Shown: positions 13,111 through 26,833, counted from the stretch's first letter. The stretch is 64,000 nt of DNA from Cycas panzhihuaensis (GCA_023213395.1 CM041465.1:216325741-216389740), one strand, 5' to 3'. The notes: generated by a model from the letters alone, not told the origin. Numbers and translations: made by a program.

Positions 13111-13494
13111 TGGTAGGATACCACTCATTAATGATAATTGCACACCAATATAATAAGCAAATAACTCCAAAAGAGCACTTGTATTGCAATATCCTTCGAG
13201 GGGGCAACCTCCCAATTACATGCAAATAACAATGATATTCAAGATACCATACTCTAAGGATTACACAAATATATATATATATGTCTCTATGCTTACTACT
13301 CAACCGCCTCCTTATGCATGTGGGATATTACATGAATATATATAGTACTCAATGACCACTACACAACCTTCTACTTATGCACGTGGATATTAAGAAAAGG
13401 GAAGAAGTAGAAGAAATAAAGATATAAGAGAGAGAAGAAGTACAAGATATAAGAGAATATAAGAGAAGGTAAGTTAGGGGTTGGATCCTTAACA
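13111..13494 (-). repeat. 3' LTR of the chromovirus
   Basis: TG...CA termini; ~97% identical to 18740-19120 (12 substitutions and 2 indels counted by eye); adjacent PPT at 13495-13509. Confidence 0.95.
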
Positions 13495-13532
13495 AAGTCC
13501 CCCCCTTAAAAAAGCTTTGCCCTCAAAGCTTA

Positions 13533-16500
13533 GTGATCTCAAGGTGCTCTAGGACAAATTGTTCATTTTCCTAGGTTGCATCTTCTTGTGGAAGTTGTTT
13601 CCATTTGATGAGATACTTAATGATTTGTCTGGATCATAGATGTCGAATTCTTTGGTTGATGATACGTTCTAGAATGAGTTGAAATTGCCCCTCCTCATTT
13701 AATATAGGTAATTCTGTTTGAACTTGTACTTGTTACCCAATTACCTTCTTGAGACATGAAACATGAAAGACATTATGGATCCTTGGTAGTGGTGGTAAGT
13801 CCAAGGTATATGCAACTTCACCAATCTTCTTGAGAATTTTGTAAGGCCCATAAAATTGAGGTTGTAACTTATGTTACCCATTTTATTTGAGAGATTCCTG
13901 CTTATACAGTTGCAACCGTAAGTATACCTAATCACATGGTTAAAATACTCGTTCACTTCGCCCTTTATCTGCCCATTGTTTCATCTGATTTTGTGCAAGG
14001 TTCAAATTTTCCTTGAGTAGCTTAAGAATCTGTGTTGTTTGTTGGATGTGGTCTTATTTGCTTGAACCTTAGAACTAATTATGGTATAGTTTTTAAGTGT
14101 GGGTGGTTCATAGCCATATAATGCTTGGAACGGAGTCATTCCTGCTGATGCATGATAGGTTGTATTATACCACCATTCTGCTAAAGGAAGCTAATGATGC
14201 CACTTTGCCCACCTTATCTGAAGCATAACACCGAAGGTATCCTTCAAGGCACTTATTAACCACCTAGGTTTATCCATCTGTTTGTGGATGGTAGGCTGAG
14301 CTCATTATCAGTTTAGTACCAAGTAGATGGAAGAGTTACATCCGAAGTTCTTTGGTAAACTTGGGATCCCAATCACTGACTATACATTTGGGCATGCCAT
14401 GCAACCTGTGTATATCCTTTAAAAAGACCTCAACAATTTTCTTTGCCTTAACCACCAGTATAGCATCTTTTCCTTCTAACTTGGTTAGACCCACGATGAA
14501 GTCTATAGAAATTTCTTCCCATCGTTGATTTAGAATGGGAAGGGGTTACAACAATCTTAGAGACTTGACTATTTCTGTCTTATGTCGTTGACAAATTTCA
14601 TGAGGAAACATATCTCTTTACAACTCCTTTTTGTCTCTTCCAAAAGAAAGATTGTTTTAAGCAGTGGTATGTTCGTAGGAACCCCGAGTGACCTGCTGTT
14701 GGAGAGGCATGTGCATCATGTAAAATTTACTCCTTAAGGCTAGAGTGAGGGCATATATATACTTGATTCTTATACCAAAGAATATTTGAAGACCATGTAT
14801 AATGGGTTGAATGCCCTACTCTAGCTTGAAGGTATTGAATGATCTGCTTTGTAAAGGAGTCCTCATCCCATTCTTGCTTGGCGATTGCTATCCAAGAGGG
14901 ATTGACTATCGTGATAGAATATAGTGTAGAGCCTTCTTCCTTACGAGATAAAGCATCATCAACTATATTATCCTTGCCTTTTTTATATATTATTTCAAAG
15001 TCAAAAGCTTGCATTTTGGTGACCCATTTTTGTTGTTCCTCGGATCTTTGTCCTTTGAGATAGGAAATATTTTAAGCTATCATGGTCTATTTTAATTTGG
15101 AAATGTGTTCCCAATAAATATTATCACCATTTCCTAACTGCATGAAGAATTGCTAACATCTCCTTCTCATAGGTGGACTTGACTTGTTCCTTGAGTGTAA
15201 GTCGATGACTTTCAAAGGCCAAAGGTTTTCCTTCTTGTACTAAGATTGCTCCAATGCCTTGCCCTGATGCATCACATTCAATGGTGAAGGTCTTTGTAAA
15301 GTCTGGTGTTGCGAGGGCGGTGTGGTAGTTAAAGCCAGCTTTAGGTGTTCAAATGCTTAAGAGGCCTTATCATTCCAATGAAAAGAATCCTTTTTTAACA
15401 AATTGATTAAAGGGGAAGCAATCCTTGCATAGCCTTGAACAAACTTTTGATAATATCCTGTGATTCCTAAGAATCCACGAAGGCCCTTGATGTTTTTAGG
15501 TTTAGGCCAGTTTGCGATAACTGCTATTTTCTTAGGATTCACCTTGACTCCTTCTTGAGAGATGATATGGCCCAAATATTCTATTTCTGTTTGCCCAAAT
15601 TGACATTTTGATTTTTTTGCATAAAGCTAGTTGTTTGCAAGCACCTATAATGCCTTATCAACATGCTGAAGATGGTCTTCCCACATATGACTGAAGATCA
15701 AAATGTCATAAAAAAAGACTAATATGAACTTCCTTAAGTAAGGCTGAAAGAGTTTATTCATGAGTCTTTGAAAGGTGGATGGAGCATTAGCCAAGCCAAA
15801 TGGCATGACTAAAAATTCATAGTGACCTTCATGTGTACGAAATGCAGTTTTATGAACATCCTCTGCTTTGATCCTAATTTGATGGTTTCCTGACTGTAAG
15901 CCTAATGATGTGAAGAACATTGCTCCATAGAGTTCATCCAAGAGTTTATCAATGACTGGTATAGGAAATTTATCCTTAATGGTTATCTTATTGAGCTCGC
16001 GGTAGTCTACACACATGCAAAATGAGCCATCATTTTTTCTTACTAAAATCACCGGGATAGAAAAAGTGCTTTTACTTTTCCTAATAATACCAACATTAAG
16101 GAGTTCTTGAACTAGCCATTCAATTTTATTCTTTTGCTGGTAGGGATACTGGTATGGTCGAATACAAGGAGGATTACTTCCAACTACCAAGTCAATGTTA
16201 TGATCTTGGTGACATACTGGGGGAAAACCTTGAGGAATATCCTGAAAGACCTGGTTATGGTGGTGAAGTACCAATTTTAAGTCATTTGGTATACCATCAT
16301 CTTGGAGAATGTCCCCTTCTATTAGAAGTTCTTGACCTTCTAGAGCATAACATTTGGCAATGATTCCTGTACCATCCTTTTTAATAAGCCTCTCCATACG
16401 GTGTGAGCTGATGATTTGGGTCAGTAGAGAAATGATCCCATTCAATTGATAGTCAACTCCTTTAGAAGTAAATCGAATAAAGAACTCTTGCATATTTAGT

Positions 16501-17829
16501 TGAATGGTCCCTAGTGGTTTGAGCCATTGTACCCCTAATACAACATCAACTCCTCTAATAGGAATGGCATACATAGAAGTGGAGAGGTGATAATCACCCA
16601 TTTGCAACTTGATATTATGACATTTTCCCCCACAAGCAAGTGTCCCTCCATTAGCCACCATAACTTAAAAATTTTTGATAGGATATGGAAAACAGTTGAG
16701 TTCTTCAACAAGTTTTCGATTAATGAAATTGTGGGTGCTCCCAGAATCTATGAGGACAACCACCTTCCTTTTCTTAATGTACCCAATAAGTTTGAGTGTC
16801 TGAGGGGCTACAATTCCAATTAGGGCATGCACAGATATAGTAGCAGTATCTTCTTCTTCCTCCTCAAGTAGGTCACAATCATTATTTTCTGGCTCTAATG
16901 AGGCTTCTTTTATTAGTTCCTCATCTTGAACATCCTCAATTATAAATAAGCGTCGTTCATGACACTTGTGGTCTTTATTCCACTTTTGGTTACAATGAAA
17001 ACATAACCCTTTCAATCACTTCTCATCCATCTCTTGGGAAGTCATTCGTCGTACACCAGGAACTTGAAATTGTGGTCGCTTTTCTGGAAATGTTCATTGG
17101 GGGGGTCGGGATGCCTTATTTTTTGCTTCAATATGTCAAGCAAATTAATAGTTGTAGAGATGTTATCAGGTTTTAAGAGTCGCAGCTCATGTCTGATGTC
17201 ATCTCGTAACCCACCAATGTATAACTCAAGTAATTTATCTCGACAAAAACCATCAACCCTTGTGGAGAGATGTTGGTATTCTGCTGTATAAACTGAAACA
17301 GTCCCCTCCTGTCTAACTTTAGCTAACTGGTTAAAGTGGTCCTGATCCTAGGTACTATCATATTAAGCTATAAGATCCTTGACAAAACCCTCCCAATGAT
17401 AACTAAGCCCACCAATTGTTTTCATGACCCATTGGTACCATTGGTAGGGTTCAGTTTCCATGTGTAGAGAAGCAAGAGGGATCTTCTTATCTGCTGGAAC
17501 TTGATGAAGAGAAAAGTATTGTTCCATTTGGGTGATCCAGGTACATACATGCCATTGAACTTCTTGATTTCTACCTTGGGAAGGAAGTTTAGACGAAAGC
17601 GCCTACCATCATTACCTTCATCTTCTTTAGTGAAGTGATCCCCACCTATGTGAGTAGTATCATCAAGGTCACTCTTTTCTTCCTTAAGAGGTTTCATGGA
17701 TGTGAGCTCTAGTATTACTACTTCAAATTTTTCATTGAAGTCATTTTGGATTTGTAATATATCTTCTCAAAGTTGTGAAACAGCATCATTGAGATCTTGA
17801 GTCCAACTTGGGTTCATCTTAGGGACCAT
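13533..17829 (-). pseudogene. Chromovirus gag-pol (gag, Zn knuckle, protease, RT, RNase H, integrase, chromodomain), frameshifted
   Basis: KGLCFHCNQKWNKDHKC; VLIDSGSTHNFI; CVDYRELNK..KDKFPIP; FLVMPFGLANAPSTFQ; LRGFLGITGYY; FDFEIIYKKGKDNIV.DALSR; KYLIKWKQLPQEDAT*E (chromodomain, ~13545-13690). Confidence 0.92.
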
Positions 17830-18725
17830 TAGTCCACAAGACCTAAGTTGAAATCCTGGTTGGTAAATGTGACTGAAAAGGATTTGACGGGGTGTTTATA
17901 GACTGTTATCCCTAATATTTTATAATGAGACAATATGGATTTTTTTTTTTTTGCGTTTTTACTTTTTTACATTTTTGCTTTTTACTTTTTTGTTTTTTTT
18001 AGGCACTGGTTGGATGATAGACTATGTGTGCATGAATTGATGATAAACTAGTTAGAGACACTCGATTTAATAAATAGATGATGACTGACTCTCTGATCGA
18101 CTAAGTGCGCACAACCCACTAATAGACTAACCAGGTACACTAGGTATGGGCTTGTCTGGTTTGTAGGCCCTCCGATATACTTGTCCCAGACGTAAATAGT
18201 ATCAACTTACAGAGGGAAACACTCTAGTCTGTAATTGTACTACCCCATCTCTAGGGTACGTGGAGAGTAACTTCCCGGGGCTAATTGCTTACCGATGCAC
18301 TATAAATTGCAGGCAATCAATAGGCTTCCTATGGTTACCTATACTAGGAAGGCCTATCTAGGGGGTCCTCCTATATACCTGCAGGTACATTGAGGCACAA
18401 TTTCGTAGCTAAGTTATGTCTAAGGCTTGATTCAGGAGTGTGATCTCCAGTCCTTCATGCAAGGGATAGAAAATCCACAATACACTTAGCCCAAAACGAT
18501 AGATCCTCGTGATATTTATAGACCCCCGTCATAGGGTCTCTATCTAAATGTAAAAGAGAACTGCCCAGTGGTAGTGTTAAGGTAGCTGCTCGATGGCAAT
18601 ATTATCTACCCCTAAAAAGTAAAGTAACTAAATGGAAATCAAATGAGAATAGGTACTAATAAGAAAAAAAATGGAAAAAATTGATTATTTAGTACCTTGA
18701 CTCTCCCATAAGGAATGGATCGACT

Positions 18726-18737
18726 GCTCTAATACCA
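18726..18737 (-). other. PBS (tRNA-iMet type)
   Basis: The reverse complement is TGGTATTAGAGC, versus canonical TGGTATCAGAGC, 2 nt from the LTR. Confidence 0.9.
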
Positions 18738-18739
18738 CT

Positions 18740-19120
18740 TAGTAGGATATCACTCCTTAATGATAATTACACACTAATATAATAAGCAAATAACTCCAAA
18801 AGAGTACTTGTATTGTAATACCCTTCGAGAGGGCAACCTCCCAATTACATGCAAATAACAATGATATTCAAGATACCATACTCTAAGGATTACACAAATA
18901 TATATATGTCTCTATGCTTACTACTCAACTGCCTCCTTATGCATGTGGGATATTACATGAATATATATAGTACTCAATGACCACTACACAACCTTCTACT
19001 TATGCATGTGGGATATTAAGAAAAGGGAAGAAGTAGAAGAAATAAAGATATAAGAGAGAGAAGAAGTACAAGATATAAGAGAATATAAGAGAAGGTAAGT
19101 TAGGGGTTGGATCCCTAACA
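18740..19120 (-). repeat. 5' LTR of the chromovirus
   Basis: Direct repeat of 13111-13494, followed on + by TSD GAGTA. Confidence 0.95.
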
Positions 19121-22100
19121 GAGTACATCTATAATTATGTTCTCCTTTTGTTATTTATAGGTGATTTTAAAATCATAATCTTGTATCTTATTAACCCATT
19201 TTTACTATTCTTTGAAAAGGCTTGGTTATGATAGGATGTATTTCAAATTCTATTGATCTATTTTTATTATGAATCTACTACTAAGAATTATTTCCATTTC
19301 ATTAAGACATATAGGATTGCAAGTATTTCTTTATAATATGTGTTTTTTTCTCTCTCTTAAGTTTAGTTTTCTACTTTCATATGCAATTGGTTTATTTTAT
19401 TAAATTAATACCATGCCAATTCTCATTCCTAAAGCATTATATTCTACTTTAAATGTTTGAAAAAAAATTTAGTAAGGTGATTATGGATCTTATGGTTATT
19501 ACACTCTTGAGATTATTAAAGCTTTATTCTACTATATCATTCCATTTGAATTTGCTATTTTTATATATGTCGATGGGTGGCATTATTTTTGTAGTATTAC
19601 TTTCATAAACTTCCTACAATATCTTGTTAGACCTAAAGTCCTTATAGTTTTGAGATGGAATTTTGTATGGGCTACTCAATAATGGTGTGGGCTTTAAATA
19701 GGTTTATCCAAACTCCTTCTTATGATATTATGTGGCTAAATTATTCTAATTTTTGTCTCCTATAATTACATTTAAATCTCTTTGTATAAAATTAGTTACC
19801 TTTTACTATATGTACAACCTTCTCTAGGTGTACCATGTGATCTTTCCAAGTTTTGTTGTACACCATTATATCATCAAAGAAAACCATGTTGAATAAACTT
19901 AAGGATGGAGTGAATACTTGATTCATCATTACTTGAAATAACTTTGTTATTTTCTACATTGATATGATGAATGATTGTGGTGAATTGATCCCTAATAGCC
20001 ATTATAATTAGTTGTGAATGTAGAATTGAATGAAGTTCTTTAAGTGGTAGAGGGAGAAAGCACCTAACACTTTTAGCCACTTGAGTTTTAATACAACATC
20101 AAAAATACTAATGCTAAACACATAGAAATCTATGTAGAATGGTACCTTACTAAAGTAGAGTTATTTGTGTTTTATTAGACCATCATATAGAATTGAATGA
20201 CCACCCAATATTATTCTGTTGAATGCCTTGGACTCTTTTATGCACAAGCCAAGTCTCTTTATAACACCCATGTTGATAAAGTTATACATGCTTCCAAGAT
20301 CTATAAGTATCGATGATCATTGCTTCCTAATATATCTATATATCTTTATCATGTCTAGATTCTAGATATTTGATATTATTGCCATAGATACTTTTGGATG
20401 TCCATCATCCAAGGTTGAATTATTTAGCATTTAGTTATACCACTTATTATCAAAGATGTCTATTAGTGTATCCTCTTGATTGTTATCCATTCAAATAGTA
20501 TATATATAGAAACTCTTATAGGTTATACCCTAATTAAATAATATATAATATCAAATTAGTTCAAGCACTATGAAATATCATAAGATGGATGGACAAATAT
20601 ATTAATAATCATTCCAATTATGCATTCAAAAGAGAAGCATAATAATATAGAAATTATTTTAAAATGAGATATATTTATTCTCAAGTTATAATTTTTTTAA
20701 TATAATACTACTCCAAGTTATAGCCCTCTTCAAGGGCAAGGGAACCTCTAAATGTTGTGTAACTAAATGCTTAAGCCAAACACATCCAAACATAATATGA
20801 TATGAGATTACATATATAAGTAGTTATAATACTAACCCCCTAAGAGACTTCTTCCATAAGATCTACTCAAGATTAGCTTCACTCATAATTACACAACATT
20901 AGCTTCATCTATAGTTACATCATTATTCATACACTTACAACTTGTGCCTCCTTGTATAATCACAGTTATTCTTAAGATGCCTAATGCTAGGTATGTAATA
21001 ATATACTTTTTTCTTTTATGAGAAGACAAGTCTTTATCTTCCTCCCACTTTTAATTATAGTCATAGTAGAGTCGTTGTGCTCTCTATCTTACTTTTCTTA
21101 GGTCTTCCCTCTTGCTAGTATATTTAATATTAAGGGCTATGTGGATGAGTGATTACTATATTGATAGACTATTCTTTAACTATTCGGTTGCATAAATGTT
21201 AGTGTCCTTTATTTTGTAATTTATTTGGCTTAATTTATTAACTAACCAAATATGGTCTAACATGTTAAATGGATAGCATTTTTCAGTGTGCTAAGGTTGA
21301 ATTATCATATATCCTCACAAATTTGGGCATGTAGATTGTTTATATAGAATGGTAGATCCTCCTTGGATTTGGTTTGTCCTTGCTTTGTAGTTTTTCAAAT
21401 ACTTTTGTATATTACTATACTAATCTATATTTGTGAAAATAATAGTCTAGCTAAGCATAATATGGATTGATCTAGATTTCTTTGGTTTCTTCTTTAAAAG
21501 TAACTCTAATTTTTTGAAAATTTCTATCGTAGGATGTTCTTGCTTCAAGTACATAGCCTATAGGTACATCAATCTCATTAAGTGCTTACTAGAAAATGTG
21601 ATTTCATCAGGGACATTGATAACTCCAAGTGTTTTAAAGAAGTTTGTGATCTTTATTAGCCATTCATTTACATCTATATCTCTGATTAGTAAGTAAGTTA
21701 GAAGTTTTACATTATGATGAATATTCTGTTGTTATTAATTGTCTAAATTTTTCCAGTCATTTGTTTCCTTTTGATGGTGATTGGTATCTTACTAGATAAT
21801 GTCTTTCTATATTATCTTGATCTCGTTAATAGTAGTTTCTAAGCTCCTTATCTTATCTTCTATTTTACTTATATAGTCTCCCAACTTAGTTGGGTAAACT
21901 TGAGGCATTTTTATCCTTTTCCTATACTCTACTATAGTGGGTTTTTTTGTTCTTAAGAGAAGCCAATACCCTTTATCATCACAGATGTAATTGCCTCATT
22001 GAGATACTTTATTAGTAGTTTGATGTTTGGAGGGTATTAAGCACCTTGACTACTAAAGTATATGTTCTATTTTGATCAAGCCTACTAACTACCTTAGTCA

Positions 22101-23869
22101 ATTAGTCAGCTCCAAGAGGGTACAAAGTTAATTTAGTTTTAACAACTACTAGGCCAAGTTTGTAAGAACAACTAGAATGGAATCAAGTTTACTATAAAAT
22201 AGAAGGTTAATTAAAGAAAGAAATGGAAAAAAAAATAAAAGAAATGCAATACTTTGAATTGAAAAGAGTAAATATTAAAGGAAAGAGTCTTTCAAAAATG
22301 TAACAAATTTATGAAAATGACTTTACTAAAGGTGGAAAAATGAATAGAGAATATTTTATAATATTTTATTTTAAATATTCCTTAAATTTTCTAATCTTAA
22401 ATTTTTAAAGAAACCTCACATAGAATAAAAATTCAGGTTGAGTGTCCTATTCAACATTTGTGTCCATTGTTGTGTGAGGCTTTGAATTAGTCTTGCATAC
22501 TCTTTATGAATCCTCCAAGTAGCATCAAAGTAGAGGTTTGAAGTGAGGGGGAGGGGAGGGTGTTTGAGACCTATATGATGGGATCATGCTAGGGGCACAC
22601 AAGATGTGGGGCCATTTAAGAATTGGGCTATCTTGCAAACTATAGATCAACTTGGAAACAAATAGACACTAATGCCAATAAATTTAAAGTTGATATCCTT
22701 AGTGGTATAATAGGATAAAGAGCATATATAAGCTAAGAAAACATGCTAAAGAGGAGAATTTACTAAGACTATTAAGGCAATAATAGAAATAAAAGTACTT
22801 AAAAGTCAAAGAAGAATGTGTTTTGGCTTTTGGCACACCACATAGGTAGAATGGGTAGAAGGGACTATTGGCTTTAAGAATGAAATGAGAGAAAGAATAA
22901 TGGTGCCAACAATGTCAAGATATTAAAAAAAAATGGTGCCAAGAATGTGCTCATCTTGATAAGCACCCATGATTATGAAAAATAATGGACATAAACCATT
23001 GCTCTAAAGTAATAAAAAACTACTTCAATACCACTTATAGCATACTCTTGGGATGGTAGTACATAAACTACTAAAAAATAGTTATTTGGTAAAAAATACT
23101 AATAATAATTTCATGAAAGAAAATATGAAACATGCTCCACCAGGGCACAACCTAAAGACTAGAAAACTTTAAATTAAAATGCTTAGATGATTCCTAGATA
23201 ACTCATAACATTCCTTTTATTTGGGCATTTTTGGGGCAGCCTATTTTGATACATGAAAATTAACCTAATTTATGGTAAGTTATCATGTAAATGGCTTAGT
23301 GTTGTGGCTTAGGTGCACAATAATTTTGGGGCCCTTTTGTTGCATTTATTTAGCATCAAATTTACATTTTGATACGTCAATTTTATAGATATAAAGAGTT
23401 AAGAACATGATTTATGTCGATATAATGCTTTATTGCTTATTTACACTTGGGTATGTTATATTTTCTTAATTTCTTATAAAGTCTTCATTTACATTTATTT
23501 TATTTTTCCTTTGACATGGATGTGAGGTATTCTTCTTACATTAGAAATCTCCCTAAACCACCTAGCTTATAAACCATCCTCTATAAACATTAGTGAACTT
23601 CCACTCCATCATCATGTTTCCCATAAGATGTTGCCATTCTTTTCAAGCAACATTTTCCTACTTATTTAGAAAATTTAGAGGGTTGTTGCCACTTTCATAT
23701 ATTCCACCCATCCTAATCGCTACGATGGTCATTCAGCCTATTTTCACCTCTTTATCGTTCTTCCAAGTAAAAAAAATTAAAACTTTTAACATTAATGCCT
23801 AAAAACCCTGTCAAGTTGGACTTGGCTTGGATAAGAGATTCTACCAAAATGACCAAAGGACGCCCGTAG

Positions 23870-24504
23870 GTTTCGTAGAGCCAAGAACGTGCAGGTAACG
23901 TGCGGGCTTTGTACACGTAAGAAGCGATTCCCCAAACGGTTCCCGTTGAAACTACGGAACCGTTTTTCCTGTGAATCCTGCCGCGCGCCGCGTGTTTAAT
24001 GCCGAGCGTCACCCCCCTTGCGTTCACGCTTATCACCCAATCGTTTTCGTCCACGTCGGATTCCACCACGCCCTCGACCGGATGCCTGTCGACAACGCCC
24101 GCGTCATTGAACATAACGTCTGCGTGTCCGTGGATTTTGACGGCCACGTCAACCGTTGGACTGACGACCCCTTTACTCACGTCACAAAGCACGTTTGTGG
24201 CCGAATTGACGCCAAGCGCTTCGCAGAGCTTCTTACCAGCGGATTCATCGGCGATATCTGCGAGTTTGACCTTCGCTCCGTGTTCTGCAGAGAGCCGAGC
24301 GGTGGCTTCTCCTACGCCTCTGGTCCCGCCTGTTACTACTGCAATTTGTCTTCCAATCTGCCAACAAGATGCGCCAGCGTTAAGTACAGCAGTAAGCAAT
24401 GAATCATAGAATCGGACAGTTTAGAGGAAGAACTCGTGTTACCCTTCTCTTAGCTCCGACGGTAGCATGCTCTGCAGCCGTGGTTTGGTTAGGGACTGTG
24501 ACAT
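23870..24504 (-). pseudogene. Short-chain dehydrogenase/reductase pseudogene (plant SDR group including SDR2a, TASSELSEED2 and ABA2-like enzymes); 2 exons, frameshifted and 3'-truncated
   Basis: ATG at 24504; GT-AG intron at 24358-24442 in phase 2 before LEDK (the usual RLEGKVA position). A 1-nt loss follows (AAA TTG CAG TAG). Motifs AVVTGGTRGVG, CDVS, MFNDAGV and VNARGVTLGIKHAAR..GSVVST are present. The catalytic YxxxK is degraded (SYVYKART) and the C-terminal part is absent. Confidence 0.88.
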
Positions 24505-24579
24505 GATGCAGATACGGTAGATCGGGGTTGAAATTTCAGAGCAAGAGCCGGATCGAACGAGGATACGCATACTGCTGCT

Positions 24580-24587
24580 TATTTATA
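24580..24587 (-). promoter_or_regulatory. TATA box of the SDR (pseudo)gene
   Basis: Minus-strand TATAAATA lies ~76 bp upstream of the ATG. Further upstream are GTGGGCCC (TCP/site II-like, ~24727) and CCACGT (~24870). Confidence 0.6.
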
Positions 24588-26833
24588 AAGCTTTTTAACA
24601 ATTTGACATTAATACCTTCTGATCATGGAAATTTTAACATAAATATAGCTGGGGCTAAAGCCCTGTCCAACCCCTTCTGGACTTTAAATGGATCATTCCT
24701 TGCTAAAAGCCCCGTTCGCCCGGTTGGTGGGCCCACCGAAAACGACGCATTTAATGGCAAACAGGAACCTCATTGGGAGTCTTTCCGATTTATTGACATT
24801 GAATGCAACTTTCCCGGGCAAACCCCGTCCCTTCCGTCAATGGGTTCGAAACAATGCGTTCAATGCATGCCACGTATGCATACTTTCCTCTTTCTTTCTT
24901 TCTTTTTTTTTTTTTTTTAAGTCCCAATCTCATCTGAATCAAGTATCCACAGATTAATGGAGGACCGGAGCAAAGCACCAATGAAGACGTAAGAGTACTT
25001 TTTAAAAGCTTCATCCTTTAATTATCGCTTAATGTGAATATTTAATGCATATCCATTTTAGAGTTGATCTTGATTCTTTGTGTCTTAAGTATTCTACTTT
25101 TTACTTTTCAAAGTTATATTTTAATTTATTTGTAAAGAGATTATTGTCTTTTTTAATGATTATAAAATCTTATCAATATGTTGAAGATGTTTTTCTTTTG
25201 TTTAGCTATATATTAAGATGTCATCAAAAAATATTAAGACAAATTTTCTTAGGTAAGGTCAAAAGATTTTGTTTATGAGCCTTTATAATGTGATCAATAC
25301 AGTAGTTAAGCTAAAAAGCATCATTCAGAATTCATAATGGTCTTCATAGGTGTGAAAAGTTATTTTATGAATATCGACAACTTTGATTCTAATTTGGTGA
25401 TACCTAGATTTTAAATCTATAGTAGCAAAAAGAGTTACTCCATTCAATTCATTTAATAATTTATCAATTACCAATATAGAGAATTTATTTTTAATGATAA
25501 TTTTATTTAATTCTTAATAATCCACACACATACAAAATGATTCATCCTTCTTTCTGACCAATATTACTAGTGCAAAAAAACTGCTTTTACTTTCTCTGAT
25601 AGTCCCAATTTCAAGAAATTCATTTACCAACTTTTTAATTTCATTAATCTACTAATAAGGATATCTATAAGGTTGGATATTAAGTGGATTACTACCAACA
25701 ATGAGTTCAATGACATGATCTTATTCCATTTCTAGAGGAAGCCTCTTGGGAATGTCTTTGATAACCCTGCTATGTTTGAATAACACTTCTTGTAATTCCA
25801 ATGTTACGTTATTGTCTTTAGAAAAATGTTCCTCCCCTAGTAACTTATACACTTCTAATGCATAACATCTGGTTATAAGTCATGTTTTTCATTTTCTTAA
25901 AAGCTTTTCCATCCTATATGAGCTGATGACCTGCAATGGAAGTGGGGTGTGGTAATTCCATTGAACTAGTATTATTGCCATCCTGAGTTCAAGTAAATAA
26001 ATAATTCCTCTATGTTAAGTTGAAAAATGCCTAATGCTTTTAGCCACTATGCTTCTAAAACCACATCGACCCCTCCCACTCGAATGACATACATTGAGGA
26101 AGTCAATTGATACCATTAGCAACCATAACTTGAAAATTATTAACTAGGTAAGAAAAATAATTTAATTCTTCTATAAGTTTCCTATTGATGAAATTATATG
26201 TGCTCCTTGAATCAATTAAGACAATTGCCCATTGTTTCTTGATATATCCTATAATCTTCAAGGTCTGTGGAGTTGTAATCCCTACTAAAGGATAGACAGA
26301 TATTATAGATATCTCAACTTCTTCAATGTCTAGTGGCTCTAGAACAACGCCATCTTCTATAATGGCTTCCTCTAAATCTTCTTCCTATATGTCATCAATG
26401 ATGAATAATCACTTTTCTAAATATTTGTTGTCTTTATTTCACTTCTCTTTGCATCAAAAATAAATATCCTTTAGCCTTTTCTCATCAATTTCTTTAGTTG
26501 TCATCCTTCGTGATGTAGGGTTGTATAGACTTCTTTTTTCTTTAGCCATCTTACTGTATTTCCGGGTAACCCTATTTTTAGCTTCAATTTGTCACATTGT
26601 TATCATGTGCAATTTATGTTGTATCTTCTTTTAAACCTCCAATATAGAGTTCAAGCATTCTTTTATTATTAAGATCATCGAATAGGGTGGCTAATTTTTT
26701 ATGTTCTATAGTGTATTTTGATATTGTTTCTTCTTATTTAAGTTTAGCCAATAGACTAAAGTAGTCATCATCCTAAATATTATTAAATTATACTGAAAGG
26801 TCCTCCACAAAGTTTTTCCACTTATACAATAAT

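Larger units (their letters stand above)
13111..19120 (-). mobile_element. Full-length chromovirus (Reina-like) Ty3/gypsy element, 6.0 kb
   Basis: Paired LTRs at 13111-13494 and 18740-19120, with a perfect 5-bp TSD GAGTA (13106-13110, 19121-19125). PBS TGGTATTAGAGC and PPT TTAAGGGGGGGACTT are present. Domain order is gag-PR-RT-RH-INT-chromodomain. Confidence 0.95.
12920..22200 (-). mobile_element. Older, heavily degraded chromovirus-type gypsy remnant(s) that hosts the insertions at 12919 and 13111-19120
   Basis: The RH end (DYDFKITYK..ENIIIDVL) joins across the 13111-19120 insertion. MVFFDDI is at ~19870-19895, DVVLKLKWLKVLG at ~20065-20100 and LIDLGSMYNFI at ~20275-20310. Further gag/RT-like fragments lie at 21190-21900. 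The right boundary is approximate. Confidence 0.65.

Noticed and set aside
20510-21000. Possible solo LTR within the old gypsy remnant
   Set aside because: The composition is LTR-like, but no partner copy, clear termini or TSD could be identified.
22400-23750. Possible DNA-transposon or gene remnant downstream of the SDR
   Set aside because: No recognisable motif, TIR or missing SDR exon could be found by eye.
23752-24399. 215-aa SDR ORF as an intact single-exon gene
   Set aside because: It starts at a non-ATG codon inside the intron, lacks an intact YxxxK and the C-terminal third, and ends in unrelated sequence; the spliced frame hits a stop.
23971-24409. Plus-strand ORFs of 143 and 136 aa
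   Set aside because: These are antisense shadows of the GC-rich SDR coding sequence.
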